In this document: positions 10,846 to 22,580 of the stretch, piece after piece
How positions within the stretch are numbered: the stretch's first letter is position 1
Layout: every line of letters starts with the position of its first letter
NCBI RefSeq assembly: GCF_006345805.1
Contig: NW_021836754.1
Coordinates: forward strand, 1-26,035
From: Octopus sinensis
Lineage: Eukaryota
Direction of reading: 5' to 3'
Length of the DNA: 26,035 bases
Position numbers and translations under genes: made by a program
Notes under the pieces: model-generated
Told to the model about the DNA's origin: nothing
The model's input: only the letters and a program-made list of their open reading frames with translations
Database searches by the model: none

Positions 10846-11195
10846 TACACATACACACACACATACACATACACACAGTCATCCACACACACACAGACAA
10901 ACACACACACACACACAGTCATCCACACACACACAGTGTACTGTTCCGTTATTAGTGGGCTCAACCAAAAAAGTACTCCATCCAGCGAGAGATAAATATA
11001 TTTTAATAAATAATAAATACAGGATTAACTGTGAGCCACTATAAGCTGCATGCTCTGATAGTACAGTGATCATGTGTGTGTATACATACATACATACGTA
11101 CATACATACATACATACATACATACATACTACATACATACATACATACATACATACATACACACATACAGTCAGACAGATAGACAGACATACATG
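10769..11195. repeat. (CA)n and (TACA)n microsatellites around a ~130-bp unique insert
   Basis: Direct reading. Confidence 0.9.
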
Positions 11196-11702
11196 CATAT
11201 AAGCAAGAGATGTGAAAAATTTTAGTATAAAAATTATTGCACGTGTTTCATTTGCTAATGGGAGTTACAAAATTGTACATGTAAGATATCTATTAGAAAT
11301 TATTCAGACAGAACATCAAATAATAATGGGGAATGAATAATGCCAAAAACATCTCAAATTTTTGCAAAAAAAATATTTCCCAGAATTTTCAACTCTTATG
11401 CATACCCCAGACAGATATAAGATCTACATACATACAGATTTGGAAAACTGGAATAAGCAGAAATGCCTCAAGAGGACACAGCTTCTATTTTAACTCTAAC
11501 TACATAAAGGATTAGAAAGGTAATAATAAAGGACTGGTCAGCTACGAGACCGGTGTAAAAAAGAAAGAGAAAGAAAGGCTGGCCGCGGTCACGTGTCAGT
11601 AGAGGCAGAGGGGAAAGGAGGAAGAGAGAGAGAAAAAGTGGAGAGAAGAAAAGGGAGAAAGAAGAAAGAGAGAAAGAAGAAAGACAGGAAATAGAAATAA
11701 GA

Positions 11703-11737
<35 letters not shown>

Positions 11738-12131
11738 TTCGGGATTTCCCTCTAAGCGTTATCCACCAATCGTGCTTCTTGCCCTAAGGTTGTATTTTGT
11801 TCGTTTCTTATTTATTTCATCTTGTCTTTCGCCCAGCGTTTTGAATTACATTTATTCACTTTCGTATGTCTACTTCTCTATCGCCTGTATTCCAGGTATT
11901 GTTTGTTCTCGGTCCAATATTGTCCGCAACTTTCGCGGGCACTACCAGCATGGGAAGTATCTCAGTCATATCATTAGTGGTACCATCTGGTTGATGACTG
12001 ATGACTTATGTTTTTGTTTTCCGTCCATTTGTGCACTCAATATACGTTTTTCCGTTCGTCTGTGCATTCATTATCGTTTTTGTCGTGTGTGCATTACTAT
12101 ACATCTTTTCACTTATATATATGTAAACATA

Positions 12132-12186
<55 letters not shown>

Positions 12187-12190
<4 letters not shown>

Positions 12191-12417
12191 TGTAGTATGC
12201 TTGCATATCATGCCCAGTGTCAACATAGGTAATTTATACTGATAGTGATAACGGTTATTCCAACCGCTAACTCTACTTACCTATATATATAATATATATA
12301 GGTAAGTAGAGTTAAGAAGAAGGTAGGAATAGTTAGCGGTTGGAATAACCGTTATCACTATCAGTATAAATTACCTATGTTGACACTGGGCATGGATATG
12401 CAAGCATACTACACTCA
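12187..12417. repeat. 231-bp near-perfect palindrome
   Basis: Left arm 12187-12290 is the reverse complement of 12292-12417 apart from a 21-nt and a 1-nt indel; the centre is a TA run. Confidence 0.95.
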
Positions 12418-13170
12418 CAGGATACAGAATAAGAGAATAAGCAAGAGTTTATCAGGAATCAAATTTTAAATAAGCGGAAAATGGAAAAAACGTTTGATCA
12501 ACAAACAAATTGACTTCCATCGGTTAATTATTTTTTAATACAAAACTTTAACATAGCTTACAGCCGTTTCTGCTACCAATGTCAGTCGGTGCCTCCAAAG
12601 AAAATTATGAGAATAATATTCGTCATCTTTATAGCACATCCGATCTAGTACATGGAGCTTCATCAGAGTGAATACAAATACATAAAATAAAAGAAGAGAA
12701 GAGGGAAGAGGAAAGTAGGCTTAATGAATTAGAATCATACCATTTTGCAGTGTAAAGCTTGAAGTCGATGAGCTGAATAAACTAGCAAATAAACAATAAA
12801 AATAATTGATGGTTTAATCTTTCTTTAGGGGTACGAGGGTGTATAAATAATAAGAAAATAAACTAGTAGTTAGTTAAGTATAACAGGATTCGCTAATAAG
12901 CCTAGAAAAGAATAGTACTTATGATTTGGTAAATAGCGCTGATTATTGTTTATCCAAAAGCAAATCCGTAAAGTTATTGCAATAGTGTACTTACTGATAT
13001 ATTCTAAAGATCAACCACCTGATGTCCGTAATAAAAATGACCAAAGTTCAGCCATCTCTATAATTGGTCAGTTAAATTTAAAACAAAGGGCAAGCTAAGA
13101 TTGTTATAGGGGTAGATGGCAATAAAGAAGTAAATAGAACAGTAAATAAAGTGCGAGTGGGTAGTCTATG
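12301..13170 (-). mobile_element. Penelope-like pLTR fragment
   Basis: Bounded by (TA)n runs; contains the HHR at 12557-12668; its 3' end is duplicated in inverted orientation. Confidence 0.55.
12557..12668 (-). ncRNA. Hammerhead motif with ~90-nt extended stem II (GUA site)
   Basis: Minus strand: CT CTGATGA A GCT CCA TGT...ACA TTGG T AGC A GAAA CGGCTG T A AG. Stem III is one change from the ACAGCTGT palindrome; stem I has only 2 clear pairs. Confidence 0.6.
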
Positions 13171-13190
13171 TTTATATATATATATATTAT

Positions 13191-13505
13191 ATCACGTGAT
13201 CACGTGACCGACCAGACCATCAGATGTTGCCACACATCGCTGGTCACAATGCACTTCGCTTTGTTTTAGCCTTTAAATGACGCCACCCCGCTGGCTAAGC
13301 GAGCAGGCCAACAGAAGAAAGAGTGAGAGAAAGAGTGGTGAAAGAGTACAGCAGGGATCACCTCTCCCCCCCCACTGCCGGAGCCTCGGGGAAACTTTTA
13401 GGTGTTTTTGCTCAATAAACACACACAACGCCCGGTCTGGGGATCATAACCGCGATCCTCCGACCGCGAGTCCACTGCCCTAATCACTGGGCCATTGCGT
13501 CTCCA
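13191..13505 (-). mobile_element. tRNA-derived SINE (family B), full length
   Basis: Reverse complement of the 2123-2433 family, flanked by (TA)n. Confidence 0.9.
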
Positions 13506-13633
13506 TATATATATTATATATTATATATATTAACACACAACATATATATATATATATATATAATATATATAATATATATATATATTATAATATATATATT
13601 ATATATATATATATGTGTATGTATATATATATA

Positions 13634-13666
<33 letters not shown>

Positions 13667-14107
13667 ATTATATATATACATATAATATATTATTTTTTTT
13701 AGGGAATAAAAACTATATTTTAATTTTTTAAAGCCCTTAAGTATGTGTAAAATAGGTATGCTTAAATTAGTTTCGCTGGACTCTACAGTACAAGCCATAA
13801 TTCAGATAAAAATTCAAATAAAGATAAAAAGTTACAAAAATAAAAGTTACACAAATAAAGTAAGGAATAAAAAAGCTAAAAAAATAAAAAAATTTACAAA
13901 AAATAAAATTAAATACGAATAAAAATAAAAGGGATGGCAAGGAAAATATACACGAATAAAAATTAATAAACATGGAGGCAACGACGAAAAGATAATTTCA
14001 AATAAGAGGTATAGATCTAATTGCGAACTGCAAAATTTCCAAGTGATACGAATGGTAACTTTTAAAAATTTACAAAATGAAATAAAATAAAATAAAATAA
14101 AATAAAA

Positions 14108-14189
14108 TTATTTCACGAGCAAGCTATTCCGTTGATCGTATCTGCTGGGACCCTTGTCGCCGTAACCGACGGAGTGCTCCTCCTCCTCC
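14108..14189 (+). mobile_element. 3' tail fragment of a SINE/LINE with a (CTC)n tail
   Basis: GC-richer island TTTCACGAGCAAG...CGTAACCGACGGAGTGCTCC. Recognised from memory as a common octopus retroposon tail; no second copy in this window. Confidence 0.45.
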
Positions 14190-15277
14190 AAGTCCTTTCT
14201 CCACTTATCAAAATGGTAATATTAACCAATAACAGATCTGATGGATATCCCAATATTTTAAAATTTCATTTTGTTTTATTCTATTTTTTTTATCCCTTCA
14301 GAACATCCTATTGATTCTATTGGCTGCCACCCACCAACGTAAAACCTTAATATTTGAGATTAGTTAACCCTTGTATTTTTCCTAAACAGTTATTAAACTG
14401 TTGAACAGCATGATGTTTACAAACATTACACTATCAAAATTTCCTGTCCATGTGCTATGTACATACATTGGTCACCTTACTGTCATCTCTGTCTATTGCT
14501 AAACGTGTTACAGTATAGAGTGAGACTATCCCATCTACATTATTCTTTCGGATGTTTTTATGTTGCTTCTCGTCTCCTTCTCCGTATACACTTTTATACA
14601 TGTGTGTATAGTTGGATAGCTACATGTAGCAAATAAATTGTTGGATATGTTTTCACTGTACATGAGATTGATAAAGGCGCAGTACATTCCTCGTCTGACA
14701 TTTGCATGTTGATTTTAGTAGTTTTCAATATTGCTGCATGATAGTGGATCAATAATGGGTTAGCCGTCGGCTTCCTGAACAATACCGTAGACTACAGCCA
14801 TAGACATTGCTTGCTGAAGAAATGGCATGGACTGTAAGATAACAAGAAAGAGTGAGAAAATGTGATAGAGAGACCGAGGTGGGGTGAGGGTATACTACGC
14901 GGAAAATTAAAATGGTTCTGAACACAGACCAACCAATATATTACTACCGCCCCTCACATCACCATCACTCCCCAACACCATTACCACCACCACCACCACC
15001 ATCACTCCCCATTACTCATCACCCCTACCACCACACCATTCGCCCACAATACCCCATCACTTCCACCACCATTACCGCCACCATCAACCTACCATTATCA
15101 ACACTACTGCAATCACCATCATAACAACAACAGCAACAACATAATGAAGGGGATTGAGACGAGAAATTTTAATAAAGTGGAGAATCTCCCCCCCCCCAAA
15201 AAAAAGTGATGGAGAAGATAATCCCAAGAAATACTAGATAAACAAATAATAACCTTATTGCAGCCGTGTGATTGTAA

Positions 15278-15430
15278 GTAGGCATGGCTGCGAGGTTTAA
15301 GCATTCGTTTCGTAACTACGGGATTTTAGGATGGTTCCTACAGTATGACATCGTGAGCATGTGTCTTCCACAAGAGAATACGGATGACTTACGGGTGAAA
15401 TCCGACAGATGGTAACTGAGCGGAAGCACA
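15278..15430 (+). mobile_element. Highly diverged SINE, family C
   Basis: GTAGGCATGGCTGCGAGG...GTGTCTTC...AGATGGTAACTGAGCGGAAGC aligns loosely with the reverse complement of 23400-23530 plus 25815-25853. Confidence 0.5.
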
Positions 15431-16129
15431 CCCAGGAGACCGTTCACGTTTTCGAGTGGTAAACTTAATCCTTCTCACGAGTTAATAGCACGCATTGGCC
15501 CTTTGTATGTCTTTTGGGTCAGGTCTCCAGCCTCAGGGTAACTTTTTTTCTTCTTTCCCATAAATTTCTGAATCCCTGATCAAAGTCACCGGTACTGCCT
15601 CTCTCCTTTGATATAGAGACGTGGTAAAAAGATGACAAGGGTAGAGAGGGAGGTAGATTGACTAAGACTGATAGAGTATGAAGGTGTTGGTACGTTTCTA
15701 TGTGTAAAAGAGAGAGAAAAGAGAAACAGAGATAGTGAGTGAGTGAGTAAGTGAGTGACTGACAGAGAAAATATGAGAAAAATTCTCAACAGAAATATCT
15801 TCGCGAATCTGTGTGATTTGATCAACAACTGACTTCCAAAAGATACATTGAAGTAGAGAATCAGATTGGATGAAAGACTTCGGTATTTTATAAAAAGCAA
15901 TAACAATAGAGACTGTTATAAAAAAATATATATCAAAATAGATGTGATTATAACGGTATATGTTTATTTTTAAATGTCCAAAACGGTTCAGCCTCAATGT
16001 AATTATATGAGTTTCAACAAACTGTCAGAAGAAATCACTTTCAAAGCGACTGAAACAAGGCTATGGAATACAAGTTTAGTTAGTGCTAAAATATTAAATC
16101 TAACACACGGTCCAGTTCTCGTTGTGTTC

Positions 16130-16466
16130 TGATGGCGCGAATGCCTTAATGACCCTGAGCTCTATGTTAGTGGAGCACAAGCTCCACATAGGGCCTCTCA
16201 TTCTGGACAAGCCAAAGGACAGTGGCCAGTCTAATATGGACCGTCTTTTCCCAGAGGTAAAATGGGTTTACGTAGAGCCAATAACCCCTATGTAGAAAGA
16301 AAGCAAAGATACTGAAATATCGACGACAATTCAAAACCAACAAGACCTGAGAGAAGGCTTTCTTCGGGGACATGTCAGGCCCTGATCTGGAACCCACAGG
16401 GGAAGAGGCAGAAAAATCAGTCCAGAGTGGTGAACAATAATAAGATATCAATGGCCTCTTCTCCAT
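16130..16466 (-). pseudogene. Possible decayed L1/Tx1 ORF2 C-terminal (Cys-rich) fragment
   Basis: GC-richer block; stitched frames give W..RKPILPLGKR..HIRLAT..ACPE*, similar to the W...LP....C..C region. Needs several frameshifts. Confidence 0.3.
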
Positions 16467-16469
16467 AAG

Positions 16470-17120
16470 AAACGAAGGGCTTAACTATCAAAGTAACATA
16501 TTTAATATAAGGAACATAAAAAACAATATTAAACAATGACTAAGATATTTTTTCAAGTACAGGAATCAACATCAGACATGCTTCGGTCGTATTGTGAGCT
16601 CATCAGTGAAGCATTGACTTTACTGTTCATGCTGAAGTTCATGCTGGAACAATCCGCAAGAATAAGTATAATAAAGTACACTGGTTGGAATAATGAAGTA
16701 GAATTATTTAAAGAAGGAATCACTCTAAGAGCGTTATACACATGCTTGGATATAAGACATAGGTTGCAGTCTTGATGTTTAAACGAACGTCTCATCGATA
16801 TAAGTAAAATATTAAAACAAATTGTACGATTCCATGCTAACCTACACTAGCCAATGAAGAAGTCTTAACGCAGTCTATCAATATTTTAGAAATAGCAACA
16901 AAATAACCTCAGATTGCAGCCAACTATCTTATAAAATAAGGAATTAATTGTAGATATAATTTTAGACGTACAAAACACACGGGAGGGTCACGAGTGGAAT
17001 TTCCTATCGGCAAAACTACTAACCTAGACGAGACTAATATCTGACTGATCCACGACTGAGTCTCTACCTGGTCACTCGGTGTGGTAGAAATAGTAACTAT
17101 ATTGTCCTCAGCCCGCATCT
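16470..17120 (-). mobile_element. Decayed Penelope-like element 3' region
   Basis: Minus strand gives PPVCFVRLKL (linker-like), then ...RVIPSLN (like the P.LN ending of PLE GIY-YIG domains) about 100 nt upstream of an HHR. Confidence 0.4.
16570..16611 (-). ncRNA. Decayed minimal type-I hammerhead (GUC site)
   Basis: Minus strand: CTTCA CTGATGA GCTC-ACAATAC-GACC GAAG CATG TC TGATG. One mismatch each in stems I and II; A15.1 changed to G. Confidence 0.6.
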
Positions 17121-17212
17121 ATTGGTTATCGAAAAAGAGGCATGTCATAATTTGGTGCTAAGTTAACTGCACGTAAGAAAAAGGCTGGAGGCTCATAGTC
17201 GGAATGTCTTTA

Positions 17213-17988
17213 TGATGGTGGTAGTAGTAGTAGTAGTAATAGTAGTAGTAGTAGAAGAAGAAGAAGAAGAAGAAGAAGAAGAAGAAGAAGAAGAAGAAGA
17301 AGAGCAAGAGGAGGCGGAGGAAAAGAAAAGGTGGAAGAGAAAAGGAGGAAGAAGAGGAGAAGGAAAAAGAGAAGAAGAAGAAGATGATGATGAAGAAGAA
17401 GAAGAAGAAGAAGAAGAAGAAGAAGATGATGATGAGCAGGAGGAAGAGGAGAGGCAGAGAAAAGGGAGAAGAAAAAGATGAAGAAAACGAAGACCACCAG
17501 CAATAACAATAGATATTTGAGGATTTAATATTTCATGTAACTCTTTGCATTTGACTGTAAATAACAACAATAACGATAGTAACAACAAGCACAACAACAA
17601 CAGCAGCAGCAGCAGCTACAGCAACAACAACAACAATAACAACAACAGCAAAAACAGCTTGTCATTGAGGAACTCCTATGCAACGTGGAATAATTTATAA
17701 ACAAAAACATACAGTTGCCAGCACTTTAAAAACAACAGCAGCAGCAGCAGTTGCAGATATGCAACCTCTGTTGCAACCACACAGCAGTAGTAAACGTCAA
17801 GAAGAACACAAACAACAACAACAACAGCAACAACAACTACTACTACTACTACTACTTCAAAAACAACAACAATAACAACAACCACTACCACTACTACTAC
17901 TGCAAACTACGACTACGGCTACTATTGCTGCTGCTACTACTGCGACTACGATTACTACAACTACTACTACTACTACTTTTGCAACAAT

Positions 17989-18020
<32 letters not shown>

Positions 18021-18080
18021 CTGCTACGACAACGACGACGAATACAGCAACAACGACAACCAACAACAACAACAGCAACA

Positions 18081-18115
<35 letters not shown>

Positions 18116-18116
18116 A

Positions 18117-18162
<46 letters not shown>

Positions 18163-18590
18163 TTTCCGGCCAGCGATAATGATTTCTATGAAGAAGAGTA
18201 TTGCATCATAAGTATTCTATAAAGAACAACGAAAACAACAACAATGTACACACACACCATGGCCATCACCACAGACAAGAAGAAGAAGAAGTAATCAGCA
18301 ACTATAAACTAACACCACCATCACCACCACCACCACCACCACCATCACCACCACTAAAACTATTACCACGAACACAACCACCACTAAAACCATCACGCCC
18401 ACCTCCACGATCAACATCACCCTTCACCACCTACACCGCCACCACTACAAACACCAACGACACTATATAATCCGCGGCTTTGCATCTCTGTCACCACCAC
18501 TCCTACTATTGCCACCATCACCACCCACCACCACCACCACCACCACCACAACAACAACAACAACAACAACAACAACACCAACAAATCCCC
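17213..18590. repeat. Trinucleotide microsatellite mosaic (GTA, GAA, CAA, CAG, CTA, CCA)
   Basis: Direct reading; it explains the homopolymeric ORFs in all frames. Confidence 0.95.
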
Positions 18591-18934
18591 CAACTCCAAA
18601 GAAGGAAGTAAATATGGGATGTGACTGCTGAACTGGCACATACACCATTTCAAGGAATTTATGGTTGTTTACTGTTTTGTATTCAAGATCGATATACGTA
18701 GAAAGGGCCTGCAGGGTGAGGGCGGGGGAGGAGGAGGAGGAGGAAGAGGAGGTGGAGAGGGCAGTGTGAATACCGGGTGGTGTGGTGTTGCGGTGCTACA
18801 GGGGTTGTGCTGTAGTTAAAATGTGGTGGTGCAATAGAAGAGAATTTGAGTATGGTGATAGTGGTGGTCGTGGTGGTCGTGGTCGTGGTCGTGGTCGTGG
18901 CGGCAGTGCGTGTAATGAGTGCAGACATGCATTC

Positions 18935-19150
18935 ATATATATATATATATCTATATATATATATCTATATATATCTATATATATATATTATATATATATC
19001 TATATATATATATTATATATATATATATATTATATATACATATATATATATATATAATATATATATTATATATATATATATACATATATATATATCTATA
19101 TATATAATACATATTTATAGATATATAATATATATATACATATTTATATA
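18935..19150. repeat. Degenerate (TA)n tract
   Basis: Direct reading. Confidence 0.95.
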
Positions 19151-19308
19151 ATGAGCGCGCGCGCGTGTGTAGGCATATTCTTTCTTTTACTTGCTTCAAT
19201 CATTTGACTGCGGCTATATATATATTTAGATATATATATATATGTATATATGTATATATATACGTGTTATGTATGTATGTATGTATGTATGTATATACAT
19301 ACACGCAC

Positions 19309-19350
<42 letters not shown>

Positions 19351-19351
<1 letters not shown>

Positions 19352-19587
19352 ATTAACAGAATGAGATAAAAATCCAAGGCCGTGAAAGATTTCAGAATAT
19401 TTATAAAGAGAAGATCTTACAGCTGTTTCCGGGATATTTTATACATCCCTTCATCAGAAACGGCGTGTGAAAATGGTTAATCAATAGTTATTGTAGAGAA
19501 GAATGAAATAAAGAGTGAAGTGGAGGAAGGAAAACAGACGTGAAATAAATGTTCTGAAATCTGGATTTTTATCTCATCCTGTTAATT
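19351..19587 (-). mobile_element. 237-bp PLE-like insertion with inverted termini and an internal hammerhead
   Basis: 19351-19404 is the reverse complement of 19545-19587 with 2 mismatches and an 11-nt indel; TA runs on both sides. Confidence 0.75.
19414..19461 (-). ncRNA. Type-I hammerhead, variant core (GUA site)
   Basis: Minus strand: GTTT CTGATGA A GGGATGT-ATAAA-ATATCCC G GAAA CAGCTG T A AGAT: 7-bp stem II, ACAGCTGT palindrome, 4-bp stem I with two G-U pairs. Confidence 0.75.
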
Positions 19588-19769
19588 TTTTTTATATATA
19601 CGCATGCTGATATATGACCGTTGTTGGACTCCTCATTTGCATAATCACCGAGCCTGGAGGTTAACTATAGTTTATCCATAGCACTTACTCAGCATTACCT
19701 GACACCTTTGGGTCTTCTTGACACCATTACCTGTCATAAACTCAATATATATATATATATATATATATA

Positions 19770-20275
19770 CTAGCAGTATCGCCCGGCGTTGCTCGGGTTT
19801 GTAAGGGAAATAACTATATAAGCATTTTTAGAGAGTTACTTCCCTTATAAATTCGGGCTTTCTTAGCCATTTTTGTTTTGGTGTCTTCAAGCCATGAAGT
19901 CGTTGTTCTAAAAGAACGCTGGTCTCCTTCACAACGCATTACAACGTTGATTTCTTTACACCCTTCCCCACAGCTTCACGAGGGAGGGAAGGGGGAGAAG
20001 CAAACAGGTGCAGCTGTGAGCGTGGACGCCAACTCCGCCGCCATCGACACACGATGCATTTTATGCATAAAATGGAATAAAAAATGATGTTAAATTATTT
20101 TTAAAATCGTAGAATCATCGTTGACGCGCGCTAATAGTCAGACGGGCTCGATATGAATCCCGACTATAAGATACCCGAATTTGGTTAAACTGCACCGCAA
20201 AATGTGGGAGGAGTTAGGAATCTAAATCGAAGGGGACAGACACTCACACAACTAGAGTTTTATATATATATATAT
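19770..20275 (-). mobile_element. Non-autonomous Helitron
   Basis: Minus-strand 3' end is the hairpin CCCGAGCAACGCCGGG followed 8 nt later by CTAG and then T. The 5' end (..TATATAAAACTCTAG..) merges into (TA)n, so the 5' TC is not resolvable. No TIR or TSD. Confidence 0.8.
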
Positions 20276-20279
20276 ATAT

Positions 20280-20567
20280 GTTAGGGAAGTTATTTCCGAG
20301 TCCACGAGGGAGAGAAGTTCAATTTAGTGGTACTAAAATGTATTACTCACATATATATAGATAGTAGGTTTAAGACACAGAATCACCCTCGAGCAACTCA
20401 ATCATCATTGAAAGACATTATCCACGATAAGACTAAATATTAAAATTATCAAAATTAATACCTTCAATTCTTATTTTAAATCATATACTTTACATTATAT
20501 AGACTACGCACGTTTCATGACAACATATTCCTCGATATTGCTGAAATAGAAGGTCTCGAAATACAAT
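20280..20567 (-). mobile_element. Probable PLE fragment with the 3' half of a hammerhead
   Basis: Minus strand GAAA CGTGCG T A at 20505-20516; no CUGANGA before the adjoining SINE fragment; 3' end at (TA)n. Confidence 0.35.
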
Positions 20568-20636
20568 ATATAGCTTCAGGCGACCGACCAAAGCCTTGTG
20601 GGTGGTAGACGGAAACTGAAAGAAGCCCGTCGTATG
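20568..20636 (+). mobile_element. SINE family C internal fragment
   Basis: CCGACCAAAGCCTTGTG...GGTAGACGGAAACTGAAAGAAGCCCGTCG is the reverse complement of about 22184-22247 and 23398-23463. Confidence 0.8.
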
Positions 20637-20643
20637 TGTATAT

Positions 20644-21107
<464 letters not shown>

Positions 21108-21111
<4 letters not shown>

Positions 21112-21459
21112 AAAGTGTAAATAATTTTTCCGTGGTCTTTTAGACAACCAACAATTATTTACCGGTAAATTTCGTTATGTAAATATGACTTTTAGCGTCA
21201 GGAACTTCTGTAGAGTTCAGTATATATAGTAAATATAATTAAAGGGGCAGGCAACAGGTTGCTCTGCCGCATACCGAAGGAATTAGAAATGGCAGTCAAA
21301 GACTGTTTATTTACATTTTCTACAAGTGGAGACTCCATATACGACATAACCCTGCGATTCACATACGCAAAATCGGAGTAGCAAATAAACGAAAACAATA
21401 CCTTACCGTTAATGGTGAACATGTTTCAAGATCGTACGATCTAGAAACATGTTCACCAT
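21108..21459 (-). mobile_element. Probable PLE fragment ending in a 48-bp fold-back palindrome
   Basis: Starts at (TA)n; 21412-21459 is a palindrome containing GAAACATGTT on both strands. Confidence 0.45.
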
Positions 21460-21460
21460 G

Positions 21461-22180
21461 TCCGAGTCTAATCGCGGACAGAGAGTGAGTGTATACTCTT
21501 CTTTGCTGTCATGTCTCAACAATGAGCCTTTTTTGGACCAAATAGTGACTGGGGACGAGAAATGGGTTCTCTATAAAAATGACAAGCGCCAAAGACAGTG
21601 GGTAGGCAAAAGAGAAACACTGGCATCCCAGGTTAAAGAAGGTCTTCACCCACGTAAGTTGTTATTAGCTGTTTGGTGGGTTTAGTCCACTTTGAACTTT
21701 TAAATCCAAACCAAACGATAACAAAGTAGATCTACTGCGAGCAGCTTGAGCGGCTTAAGCCAGCGCTAGAGGGAAAACAACCATCTTTGGTTTCAAGACG
21801 AAAGGTGTTCTTCCATCAGGATAATGAGCAGTCACATACAGCGAGGATGGCATCCTAAAGGCTGGAATAGTTTGAATGGGAAACGATGCCACCACATTAG
21901 CCGGACATTGCTCCATCTGATTATCATTTATTCAGCCGTCTTTAGAATCATTTGGACGGGAAAAATACGAATTCTGCAGACGAGGTCAAAACAGTACTGG
22001 AAGAGTATTTTTTTTGTTACGGACAAGTGAATTTTGGAAGAGAAGCTAGATAGATGGAAGGGCATTGTACAAAGTGAAGGGGGGTATATTTTAGATTAAA
22101 AAAGGAATTTTGTTTATCTTAATTTTGAAAAGTAAAAGAAGTATAAAAAAAACCCACATTATCTATAAGATGACCCAATA
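21461..22180 (+). pseudogene. 5'-truncated mariner transposon (DDD transposase pseudogene plus right TIR)
   Basis: FLDQIVTGDEKW, LHPRKLLLAVWW, FFHQDN (D at 21820), PDIAPSDYHLF (D at 21919); stops and frameshifts; ends ...ATGACCCAA-TA. D2-D3 spacing is 32 residues here because two codons are missing relative to D34D. Confidence 0.92.
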
Positions 22181-22183
22181 TAT

Positions 22184-22301
22184 TCGACGGGCTTCTTTCA
22201 GTTTCTGTCTACCAAATCCACTCACAAGGCTTTCGTCGGCCTGAAGTTATAGTAGAAGACACTTGCCCAAGGTGCCATGCAGTGGGACTGAACCAGGAAC
22301 C
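22184..22301 (-). mobile_element. SINE family C fragment (B box and core)
   Basis: Matches about 23398-23511. Confidence 0.85.
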
Positions 22302-22480
22302 TAGCCTGCGACATTCCGACATTTGACGCGTGGTACACATTGCACTCGTTCATACAAGGTTGATTTGATGGAAGGAATGAGCTAATGTACAACGCATATA
22401 TTTGATCGCTTTAAACAAATCATTTGTCCTGGTCGTTGGCTAAAGCTGAACATACGTCATCTTCGATTGGAGAGTCCCTC
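22302..22480 (+). mobile_element. SINE family D 3' fragment
   Basis: GAATGAGCTAATGTACAAC..ATTTGATCGCTTTAAAC is homologous to the reverse complement of about 2560-2600. Confidence 0.55.
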
Positions 22481-22526
22481 TACCTCCCACCTTCATATGT
22501 GTGTGTGTGTGTGTGGTCTGTGTGTG

Positions 22527-22580
<54 letters not shown>

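Noticed and set aside
17193-18928. Poly-E, poly-Q, poly-T, poly-S and poly-V ORFs
   Set aside because: Open in several frames on both strands because of trinucleotide repeats; no domain content or convincing splice structure.
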